In this document: positions 11,461-20,785 of the stretch, piece by piece
How positions within the stretch are numbered: the first letter of the stretch is position 1
How the letters are laid out: each line of letters starts with the position of its first letter
Translations under genes and position numbers: made by a program
The notes under the pieces: generated by a model
What the model saw: only the letters and a program-made list of their open reading frames with translations
What the model was told of the DNA's origin: nothing
Database searches by the model: none
Source of the DNA: a virus
Taxonomy: Duplodnaviria > Caudoviricetes
IMG/VR virus record: IMGVR_UViG_2724679353_000001
Span: 10,758 to 74,757 of that record
Reading direction: 5' to 3' (one strand)
Length of the DNA stretch: 64,000 nt

Positions 11461-11463
11461 AGT

Positions 11464-12486
11464 TCAGCCCATCATTTTACGGTAGGCTTCGGCGGCTTCG
11501 TCTGGGGTCATATTTACCGTCTCAGTTTTAACCGGACCACCATCAGGGCCGCTAATTTCTGTTTTGTTTTTCAGCATACCTAAATGCTGAGCAACCATCT
11601 TTAAAGCCTCATCCTGATTACGGGTAATGGCCTCAATACCAAACTTACCCTCTTTCACTCCAGAGAACAGGCGACGAGCTGCACCGCGCAGATCCCGCGT
11701 ATCGTGAAAGTGAGTACGTCCAACACCCTCACCATTGCATCGGGGGCAGTCAGGGTTAGGATCAAGCGTGGCATCAAAACCGTAACCGCCAACATCTAAT
11801 GGTTCTCGCTTTTTGCTCTCCACCGCTTTCAAGCGGACTTCTTCAAACTCAACAGCATCGCGCCACTGGTACTGATAACCGAATCCCCAGCAATGTCGGC
11901 AACACAAGCGGCGTAGCTCAGTAATTTGGCTGGCATCAGCTGTGGCAATATCCCACCACCATTTCAGTACAGCATCTTGGGTTATTCGGGTGCGCCTTTC
12001 CCTAGCGTCCAATGCGTCGCGAATGGCCCGGCTAACCTTAGCATTCCTGTACATGCGTGAAGCGTTCACGTAAGCCGTATTGCCCTCTCCTTTACCGCCA
12101 GACCTTTTATATGCCGCCGTACTATTCAGGTCGATCAAGTATTCACTCACAAAACGAGCCTGCATATCATTAAGCCCGTACTCGTCAGGGTTTAATATGA
12201 ATTCTGGTTCGTCATTTCCATCTACCAGGTATTCTGAATCTATTTCACTTTCAACGTGAACCGCTGGTTTTCTATGTTTGGTTCGCGGGTTCTTGTTTTG
12301 GTTCGCACTAATTGTCTGCGAACCTACATTATTGCGAACCTGTTCGTGTTTAGGCCATTCATCAGCCTTTGCCCTCTTTCTTACCGCTGTATCACTTACA
12401 CCGTATTTCTTGGCAAGCTCTCTTATGGAAAGAGCGCCGGAACGGTAGTCACGCTCTATGCCTCTCCAGTCAGTGTCTTTTGCCAT
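11464..12486 (-). CDS. terS: Terminase small subunit
   Basis: N-terminal HTH, FVSEYLIDLNSTAAY, CCRHC/CPRCNG, ending EISGPDGGP. Confidence 0.85.
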   Translation of the reverse strand: MAKDTDWRGIERDYRSGALSIRELAKKYGVSDTAVRKRAKADEWPKHEQVRNNVGSQTISANQNKNPRTKHRKPAVHVESEIDSEYLVDGNDEPEFILNPDEYGLNDMQARFVSEYLIDLNSTAAYKRSGGKGEGNTAYVNASRMYRNAKVSRAIRDALDARERRTRITQDAVLKWWWDIATADASQITELRRLCCRHCWGFGYQYQWRDAVEFEEVRLKAVESKKREPLDVGGYGFDATLDPNPDCPRCNGEGVGRTHFHDTRDLRGAARRLFSGVKEGKFGIEAITRNQDEALKMVAQHLGMLKNKTEISGPDGGPVKTETVNMTPDEAAEAYRKMMG

Positions 12487-12549
12487 GATGATCCCTTAGT
12501 GTCATTACGCAGTAACCTTGTTAGGTTGCTCTGTGATGATATTTAGGCG

Positions 12550-12573
12550 TAAAAAAACCACCCGCAGGTGGTT
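12550..12573 (-). terminator. Terminator after the GvpU-like accessory gene
   Basis: Minus strand aaccacc-tgc-gggtggtt-tttt. Confidence 0.7.
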
Positions 12574-12594
12574 CAGTGATTAAATAAAAATTAT

Positions 12595-13026
12595 CTATGA
12601 AGGCATTCCCAAATAGTACCCATCAATTTCTTCGATTTTTATTCGTAACAAAGAACCAGTACGGTAAACTAGGCCTCCATCATTTTTGTGGGTTGCAAAT
12701 TGTTCTAAGTGCAGGAAGTTAAGTGGCAACTCTTTACTATCATTGTCATCTTGGGTGTAAAGTGTTTTACCCGCATTCGAGAAGTATTCAGCCACCTGAA
12801 TCCCAAGACCTCCAGTGCTAGCCAAATTAGATGCTATTGACTTGTAATACTCTTTACCAGAAGTCAAAGTGCCAGAGATAATGGTCCCTTTAATAAATAA
12901 AGTAATAGTTATACCAGCACCTACATTGGCTATACTCGCCAAATACAGCAGATCCGCGTCTTTAATTTTATGGGATATGACGTCTTGAATTTGATTTTCA
13001 TGATTGTCGCCAACAACATTGTCCAT
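12595..13026 (-). CDS. Low-GC accessory gene, GvpU-like protein
   Basis: ITLFIKGTIISGTLTSGKEYY...FLHL...RIKIEEIDGYYLG resembles the GvpU family (from memory). Confidence 0.6.
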   Translation of the reverse strand: MDNVVGDNHENQIQDVISHKIKDADLLYLASIANVGAGITITLFIKGTIISGTLTSGKEYYKSIASNLASTGGLGIQVAEYFSNAGKTLYTQDDNDSKELPLNFLHLEQFATHKNDGGLVYRTGSLLRIKIEEIDGYYLGMPS

Positions 13027-13113
13027 TTTAATCCCCTTAATAAACCTACATCCAGTGCATAGGCTTACATTTATATATGGGTATTTATCTGAATACCAAG
13101 GGGGATTGATTAA

Positions 13114-13302
13114 TTATTCTGCTCTCACGATATCCACATTCGTTATCGTCAGCTTACGGATGCGGCGGGTTGCTTCGCGAGAAATGGCGCTCAGATTCTT
13201 GGGAGTGGCTTTCACCTTTGCATATTTGCGCAATAGGCTATCAGTTACCTCGCTAATCTGTTTCTCAGTGGGTGGGATAATGCTTACCTGTAGCTTATGC
13301 AT
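13114..13302 (-). CDS. Hypothetical basic protein
   Basis: 62 aa with AAGGA RBS, after the spanins. Confidence 0.55.
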   Translation of the reverse strand: MHKLQVSIIPPTEKQISEVTDSLLRKYAKVKATPKNLSAISREATRRIRKLTITNVDIVRAE

Positions 13303-13323
13303 CTGCTGTTCCTTATTTGAGGG

Positions 13324-13584
13324 TTACGTTTTACTCCCTACTCTCTGCCGCCAGTCGATAACCTCATCAAGCCGACCTTTGCAGATTCGTAGTTCCCGCT
13401 TTAATTCCATCGCGTACAACCCGCCATCTCCCCATGTAGTACCGGTAAATTCTGGAACCTCACAAGGGGTAAGCGCTGACTCTGCGGGTAATAATAGGGC
13501 GGGTTCGGTAATGGGTGGTTTAACGGGATTATTCACGCATGACGTTAATGACATCACCAGGCATAGGCTTGATAGCACATTCAT
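13324..13584 (-). CDS. o-spanin (Rz1-like lipoprotein)
   Basis: Lipobox LTSC, Pro-rich, overlaps the Rz 3' end. Confidence 0.8.
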   Translation of the reverse strand: MNVLSSLCLVMSLTSCVNNPVKPPITEPALLLPAESALTPCEVPEFTGTTWGDGGLYAMELKRELRICKGRLDEVIDWRQRVGSKT

Positions 13585-13861
13585 CACTCGCCGCTGCTGC
13601 TTTAAACCGTGCAACCTGTAATTCACTTTCATTGCGTAGTTTCCTTTCGTTCTCAAGCTGACGGGTTGTAGCTGCTCGGTTGGCTGCGTCATTCACCTGG
13701 TATGCATCGATGATGTTGCCGAGGGCTGTGTTTGTGGCTTGCTCATCACTCAGCGCTTTTTCCGCTTTTTGGATATCATTTGAGAGGCGATAACTGTTAA
13801 AGAACAGAGCCGACACAATAACCACCAGCACAGCAATGACTAATCCGATGGCCTTATTCAT
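13529..13861 (-). CDS. i-spanin (Rz-like)
   Basis: N-terminal TM plus coiled coil, after the endolysin. Confidence 0.8.
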   Translation of the reverse strand: MNKAIGLVIAVLVVIVSALFFNSYRLSNDIQKAEKALSDEQATNTALGNIIDAYQVNDAANRAATTRQLENERKLRNESELQVARFKAAAASDECAIKPMPGDVINVMRE

Positions 13862-14387
13862 CCAGCCCCCAGCATGTCAGTTCACTTTCTTGCGCACGGC
13901 GTTCTATCTGCCCGTAACAGTTGTTGGAGCGAATGCGGCAATCTTTCCCGCCGTCCATGATCCAGCGCTTGATCTCAGCACATGCGCCTTTACGGTCGCC
14001 AGCGTTGAGTTTGTAATAAAACGTAGATGGTAGGCATTTGGCAGGGCCAATGTTGTAAGGACAGAATGAAGCTATACCGGCTTTCTGTGGTTCTGTCAGT
14101 GGAACGTGAACATTCCGTTCAACCCAGGCTATGGCAGCGGCTGATTCTTTCTGGTTTAACTTGTCGCATTGAGCGGCGGTAAGTCTCATCCCCATTAGCA
14201 CTGGTTTACCGTCGATATAAGTAATGCCACGACAAATAGTCGGCTTACCCTGCCCATCCCTATAAGCTGAAAGGCGATTCCCCTCTCTCTCATCAAGGTA
14301 GTGATCAAGAATTATCGATGCCGGTGCGCCAGCTAGCACAACACCCAGAACGGTAGCGCTGAGCTTGCTCTTTGTTGATATCGACAT
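13854..14387 (-). CDS. SAR endolysin (lysozyme)
   Basis: Weakly hydrophobic N-terminus; EG...YRD...TIC catalytic pattern. Confidence 0.9.
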   Translation of the reverse strand: MSISTKSKLSATVLGVVLAGAPASIILDHYLDEREGNRLSAYRDGQGKPTICRGITYIDGKPVLMGMRLTAAQCDKLNQKESAAAIAWVERNVHVPLTEPQKAGIASFCPYNIGPAKCLPSTFYYKLNAGDRKGACAEIKRWIMDGGKDCRIRSNNCYGQIERRAQESELTCWGLDE

Positions 14388-14653
14388 TAACGATCCTCCG
14401 ACATCAATATGTGCATCTCTTCATCTGTCAGGTTTTTGTTTTTCCGATTAAGGTACTCTCTGAGGAGTTTTTGCCGCTGGCACTTAAACCACACGCCAGA
14501 AGCGCACCCGATTATCGTGGTGATGATGCCAACGATAATGCCTAAAATCATCCATTCGCTCGGGGCAAGGTAGTTAATCAAACTAAATAAAACTGAGCCG
14601 ATACCGCCGCCATAAGTGGCATTGTCTGCAATCCTCTCCTGCATGTTTTTCAT
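14387..14653 (-). CDS. Pinholin-like holin with dual start (M-K-N-M)
   Basis: Two TM segments; ATG at 14653 and 14644, like phage 21 S (MKSM); paired with a SAR endolysin. Confidence 0.7.
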   Translation of the reverse strand: MKNMQERIADNATYGGGIGSVLFSLINYLAPSEWMILGIIVGIITTIIGCASGVWFKCQRQKLLREYLNRKNKNLTDEEMHILMSEDR

Positions 14654-14679
14654 CCTCACCCCCCGGTACCGGTTGGCAT

Positions 14680-14706
14680 AAAAAAGGCCACGCAAAAGCG
14701 CAGCCT
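14680..14706 (-). terminator. Terminator upstream of the holin
   Basis: Minus strand aggctgcgc-tttt-gcgtggcct-ttttt. Confidence 0.75.
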
Positions 14707-14716
14707 GAAAAAGTAT

Positions 14717-14930
14717 CGCCACTTCTCGCAGTGGCCACGCTCATGCCCTTGAGTCTCTGCCGCCTTAAGCCGCTAATAACCGGTGTTAGTGTGGCTTGCT
14801 AACTGCTTTACCGGTGCGATTTCTCCCATTAACCCTCACCAGTTCGCCCCCAGCTTTTTACCTGAGACTGGCTACCCGCAACTTTGGGTATTCGGGGTCG
14901 CATCATGACTGCGACATATACGTGCGGCCT
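14717..14930 (-). ncRNA. Putative multi-stem structured RNA in the late leader
   Basis: At least five hairpins plus a possible closing helix read by eye; no convincing ORF. Confidence 0.45.
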
Positions 14931-14997
14931 AACCGTTTTGCTACAGCATTTTCCTATCCTCCAGAAATGACAAAGCCCCACCGATTGGTGAGGCCAA

Positions 14998-15032
14998 AAA
15001 TAGAAAAACCCGCACAGATGGCGGGTTTCTTT
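14998..15032. terminator. tR'-like terminator, possibly bidirectional
   Basis: aaacccgc-acagatg-gcgggttt with A/T runs on both sides. Confidence 0.75.
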
Positions 15033-15076
15033 TAATTTCGTCGCTTGCGTGTATAGCTCCGCGAGCTTATGTCTAA

Positions 15077-15104
15077 ATCATATATTTTTTGTTCAAATAG
15101 TCAA
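15077..15104 (-). promoter_or_regulatory. Probable late promoter pR'
   Basis: TTGACT-16 bp-TATGAT overlapping the end of Q. Confidence 0.55.
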
Positions 15105-15665
15105 AGTTTTTTTCTCGAATCTTTTTATGTCTTTATCAAAAGCGTCGCTCATGGGGCGATAAAGCATGTATTCGGCGGTATTAATCCATACATCAATACG
15201 GCGGCGACACGTTGAAATTGATAGGTCTGGGTGCGCTTCCTGCATTTCTTCTGCCATCGTGTAGCGTTTCTTTTTAAAAATATAATGCTGTTGCAGTATA
15301 CCAATTAACCCAGGGGTTGATTGTAGAACCAAGCCAACAACCGAATCCATTAGTAACCCCTCATCATCAGTGCAATAGATTAGATTACTGTGGGCCTTGG
15401 GGTTGTTAAGGTCTCCAAATATCTCGAACAGCTCCTCTCTGGATAAGCCTGATTTTCTCAGTTGGCTAATAGCTGCTTTTAATGCGGCTTTAGTTATTTG
15501 TTGTTTAGCCAATAATCGGGAGAATACCCCCTGAGCACCACCCGTTTTTGCTATGCGAGACCAGCGCCCCCACATCTTCAGTTTACCCTTGAGCCAAATA
15601 AGCTCTAACGTATTTAAGTGTAACTCGTTGCCATCAGCCTTACCGCACGTCGTTGGATAAATCAT
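15093..15665 (-). CDS. Late antiterminator Q-like protein (DUF1133-like)
   Basis: WLKGKLKMWGRWS; directly upstream of pR' and the lysis genes. Confidence 0.75.
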   Translation of the reverse strand: MIYPTTCGKADGNELHLNTLELIWLKGKLKMWGRWSRIAKTGGAQGVFSRLLAKQQITKAALKAAISQLRKSGLSREELFEIFGDLNNPKAHSNLIYCTDDEGLLMDSVVGLVLQSTPGLIGILQQHYIFKKKRYTMAEEMQEAHPDLSISTCRRRIDVWINTAEYMLYRPMSDAFDKDIKRFEKKTLTI

Positions 15666-15946
15666 AATTTCCCTTCCTTTCTCAATATATTCTGTGTGCG
15701 CATAACGCCCTCGGCGTGATATAGCCGTGCCGTGTCACTATCAATTAACCTGGTGCGCCGGTCGCATTCGTCATGGCATGCACTACACCCCCATGCAGCC
15801 TGTTCATCAGATGGTTTGATCCCGGTACCGCAGGTTCCTGCCAGTCGATAATGAGTGAGAACCACAGTTTCAGAGTTGCCATTGCACACACCAGGAATAC
15901 GGATTTGGCACTCACGGCCCCTTGCCTCTTTGCGTAAATTAGCCAT
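15662..15946 (-). CDS. YbcO/DUF1364-like nuclease
   Basis: LRKEARGRECQIRIPGVC...CSACHD. Confidence 0.85.
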   Translation of the reverse strand: MANLRKEARGRECQIRIPGVCNGNSETVVLTHYRLAGTCGTGIKPSDEQAAWGCSACHDECDRRTRLIDSDTARLYHAEGVMRTQNILRKEGKL

Positions 15947-15954
15947 GACACCCC

Positions 15955-16548
15955 CTAAGCCGCGTAGCTCATTAATTGACTGGCAGCGTTCTCCGCCTCA
16001 GATGGATGACTGAATGATTTACTGAGAATGAAAGTCCACAGAACATTCAGCACTGATTTGTATAAATCGTTGAATTCCAGCTCGTCCATTTTCGCGAATG
16101 AAATAGAGCGCGGTTCACGCAGCGTTGAGCCGTCCGGTAATTCGAACAGATCATAATGGCCGGATTCGACAGTTACCCAACGGCGGAAAGCATGGAATGA
16201 TTTTGCGGTAGATAAGTTTGCAGCACGTTTACCGGCTACCAGCGCCAGATAATCGTCAGCTATCTCATAAAGTACGCCCTCATTCCCCACATAGGAAATA
16301 AGTTGGCTTACATAACCGCGCAGGAATTTAAGTTCGAATGGTGATATCGCCCCGCCCTTTGGCTCCCAATATTCAAAGCCTAGGTTGAGCAACGAGAAGA
16401 ATTTACGGTGAAATGGTGCATTACGCACACGTTTGAATTCGCCGGTGACAATAGTCCCCAGCTTGGTGTTTTTAACGAAATCCTCAGCATCCGGCGTGGC
16501 CGGTACTAAGATCCCACCTGTTGATTTAGTAAAACTATACTGTGCCAT
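15955..16548 (-). CDS. DUF1367 (YdfU-like) protein
   Basis: RNAPFHRKFFSLL...PRSISFAKMDELEF. Confidence 0.85.
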   Translation of the reverse strand: MAQYSFTKSTGGILVPATPDAEDFVKNTKLGTIVTGEFKRVRNAPFHRKFFSLLNLGFEYWEPKGGAISPFELKFLRGYVSQLISYVGNEGVLYEIADDYLALVAGKRAANLSTAKSFHAFRRWVTVESGHYDLFELPDGSTLREPRSISFAKMDELEFNDLYKSVLNVLWTFILSKSFSHPSEAENAASQLMSYAA

Positions 16549-16673
16549 TTCCGCCCCCGGATGTATGGCACAGCAGCACGATATTTAGGTTGTCGGGTGT
16601 TCAGTCCGACACTCAAAATGATAATATACCCAAAAGTAAGGATTACACTAAAAGAAAATATTAATTTTTCGCT

Positions 16674-17168
16674 TCAGTGGCTATTAATTCTTGCTAACTC
16701 TATCTGTAAATTAAGTATAGAATCATTAAATCCCTCTCTGAAAGAAATACTCCCCTCTAGTCTTGAGCCTATCGATTTGTTTTTTAAGAGCATTACACCT
16801 ACGGATGAAATATTCCTATTTACACATAAACAAGTGAAATTTGCGTACCCATCAATGTAATTACCCTCAATAGTATAAATAAGCCTATTTTCTAATCCAT
16901 CCCTTAACCCATTAAGTTGCAAATTCCCTGATATTTTATGTGCTTTTTGCTTTATATTAAGATAGACCGTTGTTATCGTTTCCCCCATCACTCCATTAAT
17001 TTCGAATTTTTCTTTTGCACTAGTGAACCACTCACCGTCGATAATGGCCCCCCTATACATAACTTGCTCATAAAAAGGAATTAGCCACTTTGTAAAAAGG
17101 ATTTTTATTAAAAAAATTAGGGAGGTAGTTACTACCCCAGAAAAAACTCCTATTATAATTTCTAGCAC
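16674..17168 (-). CDS. Low-GC accessory gene: N-terminal TM plus beta-rich domain
   Basis: AT-rich; TM followed by IDGEW and alternating beta strands. Confidence 0.65.
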   Translation of the reverse strand: MLEIIIGVFSGVVTTSLIFLIKILFTKWLIPFYEQVMYRGAIIDGEWFTSAKEKFEINGVMGETITTVYLNIKQKAHKISGNLQLNGLRDGLENRLIYTIEGNYIDGYANFTCLCVNRNISSVGVMLLKNKSIGSRLEGSISFREGFNDSILNLQIELARINSH

Positions 17169-17206
17169 TTACATGCCCTCGTTAAAAATTCCCATATATC
17201 ATAATA

Positions 17207-17560
17207 CTATATCGTTAACTTAGTCTCATGCCACCCAAGAGTTTGCCAGCATTTACTTTCACCGATAAATGCACAGCCTTGACTATCACCGGGCAAAGCA
17301 TCACCACACTTACCGCATTTGCGTCCGGATTGCTCTTTGAGCTGCGCCTGTAGCTCTGCGTTATCTTTTCGTATCAGCATGGTGATGTATTCGTCCATGT
17401 CATACGGATCACGCTGCGGGCGACGTAAGGCGCAGTTCTGCTGTAACATTTCTTTTTCTTGCTGATCTATTGTCGCTATTAATTTATAGCTTCCACTATC
17501 TCGCTCTTTCTGACGCTGTAGGCGTTTACGGGCCGCAGCCCGTTCTTTGGTATCAGTCAT
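17207..17560 (-). CDS. Hypothetical protein, basic N-terminus and C-terminal Cys cluster
   Basis: RKRLQRQ...CGKCGDALPGD...CWQTLG; homologous to 38325..38681. Confidence 0.75.
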   Translation of the reverse strand: MTDTKERAAARKRLQRQKERDSGSYKLIATIDQQEKEMLQQNCALRRPQRDPYDMDEYITMLIRKDNAELQAQLKEQSGRKCGKCGDALPGDSQGCAFIGESKCWQTLGWHETKLTI

Positions 17561-18393
17561 GCAGATGCTCCCGTTTATCAATGTTAGGGCTGAACCATAG
17601 GCATTCTATTTTGGTGACCGTGCCGCCCATACCAGCGCTGGCCTGTGCTGATTTCGTTTCCTTACGCCATCCGGCCAGCATGTCGTTATACAATTCGCTG
17701 TCATAACCAGAAATGATCGACATCCCTTTCAATTTTCTGACCGGCTCGAGTAATTCAATATGGTCTTGCTCGGTCATTTCGTGGCGATATGAATAACCGG
17801 TTGGTTTCCAGCGTTGGCGCGTTTCTGGTAAATATGGCGCATCAATGTAATTCAAAGTGTTATCAGTATCATGATCCAGTAACACCTGAACGGCTGGGCG
17901 GTTCTCTATCAACACACCAAGTAAACGCGAACCAATGGCAGCTAAATTATCAGGATAAGACGCCCATAACTGCTGGGCTGTCGAATATTCTCTTTTGGTA
18001 TCAGTCCTAAACCCTGATTTATTGGCTGTGGCCGACGCTGAACTAAATCCCATTGTGGCCTTAATTACCGTCCTGCGGGCCTGTTCCAATTCATCATCAA
18101 TAGGCTCATAGGCAAAGTTAAACTCTTCGCGGCTATACGGTGTCAGTACACATAAATCACGTAACCGTATATTCATTACTGGATCTTGCAGCACTCGGAA
18201 TAGGTTCACGATTTCGCCATCAAGATCATTATAAACCTCCGCGTGGGAGCGGGCCTTTCTCAATAGAACGGATGCCGCCCCCCCCGAACGGCTCAACATA
18301 GCAACGGTGAGCAGGGAAAAAACTGGTTATCCATTTCGCTAATCGGAATTTTCCGCCGTGATATCTGATGACCGGATGTTTTATCTCTAACAT
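17553..18393 (-). pseudogene. D12/Dam-class DNA adenine methyltransferase frameshifted at a G8 tract
   Basis: 5' frame MLEIKHPVIRYHGGKFRLAKW...YVEPFGG; 3' frame AASVLL...EVYNDLD...DAPY; G7 at 18278-18285 would join them. Confidence 0.8.
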
Positions 18394-18734
18394 CAGTTTC
18401 CCTCCTGCACAAAAAAACCAGCGGCTTGAATAGCCCCATGAACTACAACTATTGGAATTACTTTGGCATCAGGCATAAATTCAGATGCAGCCGTGATGCC
18501 TATATTTGGCAACACGATAGGCTGGCGTAGCTTCTCTTCTACTGCATTATATTTCCCCTGCCACTCCAAACACTCCCGCTCGTAGTGCTTTGCTGTACGC
18601 CGGTTCTTATTGGCTGAGGCCACCAGCTCCGCTATACGATCAGCTATGCTGTTAAGCACCTCACTTTCACGCGGTTCTACTCTCTCGGCCGCTGAACGAA
18701 TTGCAGCAATCATGCCATCGGTTGATATATTCAT
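18393..18734 (-). CDS. Hypothetical phage protein
   Basis: 113 aa ORF with RBS, coupled to its neighbours. Confidence 0.65.
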   Translation of the reverse strand: MNISTDGMIAAIRSAAERVEPRESEVLNSIADRIAELVASANKNRRTAKHYERECLEWQGKYNAVEEKLRQPIVLPNIGITAASEFMPDAKVIPIVVVHGAIQAAGFFVQEGN

Positions 18735-18982
18735 TTGGTCTCGCCTCTGTGGTCTCTGCGGTCGCGCCAGTAATTTAAGCGCTCTTTAAAAAATTCCCGG
18801 TAATGCACCGGCACCCGTTCAATCGCTTCAAGTACCTGAGCGCGGTTGGTCCTGCGCTCGTACAGGTTTTTGATTAAGCCGCTGGCTCTCAAATCAAGAT
18901 TTAGCTTTTCTTGGTATTCCTGAGGCCAGAGGCAAATGTTGTACGGGAGTCCGGGCGGGAGATAATCCGATTGCCCGGTCAT
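18731..18982 (-). CDS. Hypothetical phage protein
   Basis: 83 aa ORF with GGAG RBS. Confidence 0.65.
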   Translation of the reverse strand: MTGQSDYLPPGLPYNICLWPQEYQEKLNLDLRASGLIKNLYERRTNRAQVLEAIERVPVHYREFFKERLNYWRDRRDHRGETK

Positions 18983-18986
18983 GGTA

Positions 18987-19367
18987 TTAACTCCCCATGC
19001 CTACCGTGCTCATCAGTTGATTTATTCGGGATACTCGCAAGCAGTACGCCAGCTCCTTGTCATCAAATGGCATTCTGGCGGGCTTGGTTCGGGGTTCGCT
19101 TTTGTTGCGTTTTACTTGCGTGTCAGAGAATCGGAAAAAATCCTCTGAGATACTGTTGAGGGTGTATTGAGTCTTTCGACCATTGCGGCGGGTAATGTCT
19201 GCGTGGGGTGATCGAACCATACCCTGCACTCGGTAGCGCAAAACGCTAATCGGCATTTCAGCATTAGGAAATTTTAAAGTAATAGCCTCGATAATCTGGC
19301 TGTAGTTCATGCTTTGGCCCAGCATAACCTCTGCCAATTCACGGGTAGTTAGTTCACGTTTTTTCAT
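18987..19367 (-). CDS. Hypothetical protein, possibly winged-helix
   Basis: 126 aa ORF after the helicase. Confidence 0.6.
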   Translation of the reverse strand: MKKRELTTRELAEVMLGQSMNYSQIIEAITLKFPNAEMPISVLRYRVQGMVRSPHADITRRNGRKTQYTLNSISEDFFRFSDTQVKRNKSEPRTKPARMPFDDKELAYCLRVSRINQLMSTVGMGS

Positions 19368-19411
19368 GGTCTTGCCTCTTTTGGGGTGACTTAAGCGCTG
19401 GTCAGGCGCGC

Positions 19412-20785
19412 TTAAAATTTTGGTGTTGAATAGTGTTTTTCTTTGGCCGGTGGCCTTGATGCCTCTTTTGCCATTCGGCTGGCTTCTTTTGCCACCAGTT
19501 GATCCACCGGTAGAAAGTGGCCGTTTTTAAATTCCTGATAAACGGTACCAGGCTCGCCAAATCGGTTTTTGGTTACTATGGCCTCAGCAAATCTTGCTGC
19601 CGGACTATCTGCGTTATAAACCGCTTCTCGATACAGCATGATGATGCTGTCGGCGTCCTGCTCGATTGAACCTGAGTCCCTGAGGTCGGAACTGATTGGC
19701 CTGCGGCTACCTGGTGGCCGTTCATCCACTTTTCGCGACAACTGGCTCAGTGCAAAAATCGGGGTATTTATCCGACCGGCCAGCGTTTTTAATCCGCGTG
19801 AAATGATGCCGATAGACAGGTCATTACGCTCCGCCTTTGGCTTGGTAATCAGGCCAAGATAATCAACCATCACCATTCTCAGCTTTGGGTACCGGCGCTT
19901 GTGCGTTTCTGCGATAGCCCGTATCTGATCGATGGTTAGCTCACTGGCATCAACGATCCAAATATCACGACCATTCAATGCCTGTAGCGCGGAGTTAATA
20001 CGCGCCCAGTCCTCATCACATAACGTTTTAGGGTCGCGTAATTTAGACACTGGCAAGTTACCAGCACCGGCAACGGAACGTTCCACCATCTGTAGGGAAG
20101 CCATTTCCATGCTGAATATCAGCGCACCACCGCCGTTCTGTGTAGCACCCTCAACAATCTTTAATGCAAACTCAGTCTTACCCATACCCGGCCGACCAGC
20201 GATGACAACCAAGTCCTGAGGGTTAAAGCCGCCCGTTATTGCATCCAGCTCGACAATGCCGGTACGCAGGTTCATTGACTCAACTTCGCCATTCATCCGC
20301 TTATCTAGCGTATCCATGAAGCCGGGCAACAAGTCATTTAGGTGAACAGGGATGATGCCGCCACTGTCTGCCGTCATATCGATCAGTTGTGTTACCGCAC
20401 CCTGTATCACCTGATCGCGCTGTTCCTGATTGTTAGCCCCTCGGATGCCATCAGCAGCGGTCTGGAATAATGCGGTCATAGTTCGGCTGTACCAGGTCTT
20501 ACGGGCATGCGCGGCATAGCCTTTTAGGTTCGCTACGTTTCCCGGCATACGGACAATTTCAGACAGAGTGGCCAGACTATTTCCGCCCAACGCCTCACTG
20601 ACAAACAGGACATCGATCAGCCCTTTAGTCAGTGCCTGCTTTTTAATTTCCGCATACGCAGAACGGTATATTCTTATGCTGAATGCTTCCTCTGGTAGCG
20701 TGGCTATTACCTCCAGCGCATCAGGGGTAGAGCCGCCATAGAGCAGACCAGATAAAATTGCCGCTTCCAATTCTTGAGGCTTCAT
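19412..20785 (-). CDS. dnaB: DnaB-like replicative helicase
   Basis: AGRPGMGKT, FSMEM, VDYLGL, LSQLSR, DLRDSGSIEQDAD. Confidence 0.95.
   Translation of the reverse strand: MKPQELEAAILSGLLYGGSTPDALEVIATLPEEAFSIRIYRSAYAEIKKQALTKGLIDVLFVSEALGGNSLATLSEIVRMPGNVANLKGYAAHARKTWYSRTMTALFQTAADGIRGANNQEQRDQVIQGAVTQLIDMTADSGGIIPVHLNDLLPGFMDTLDKRMNGEVESMNLRTGIVELDAITGGFNPQDLVVIAGRPGMGKTEFALKIVEGATQNGGGALIFSMEMASLQMVERSVAGAGNLPVSKLRDPKTLCDEDWARINSALQALNGRDIWIVDASELTIDQIRAIAETHKRRYPKLRMVMVDYLGLITKPKAERNDLSIGIISRGLKTLAGRINTPIFALSQLSRKVDERPPGSRRPISSDLRDSGSIEQDADSIIMLYREAVYNADSPAARFAEAIVTKNRFGEPGTVYQEFKNGHFLPVDQLVAKEASRMAKEASRPPAKEKHYSTPKF

Noticed and set aside
14796-15035. 79-aa plus-strand ORF in the late leader
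   Set aside because: TTG start without an RBS, and it runs through terminator hairpins; RNA structure explains the region better.
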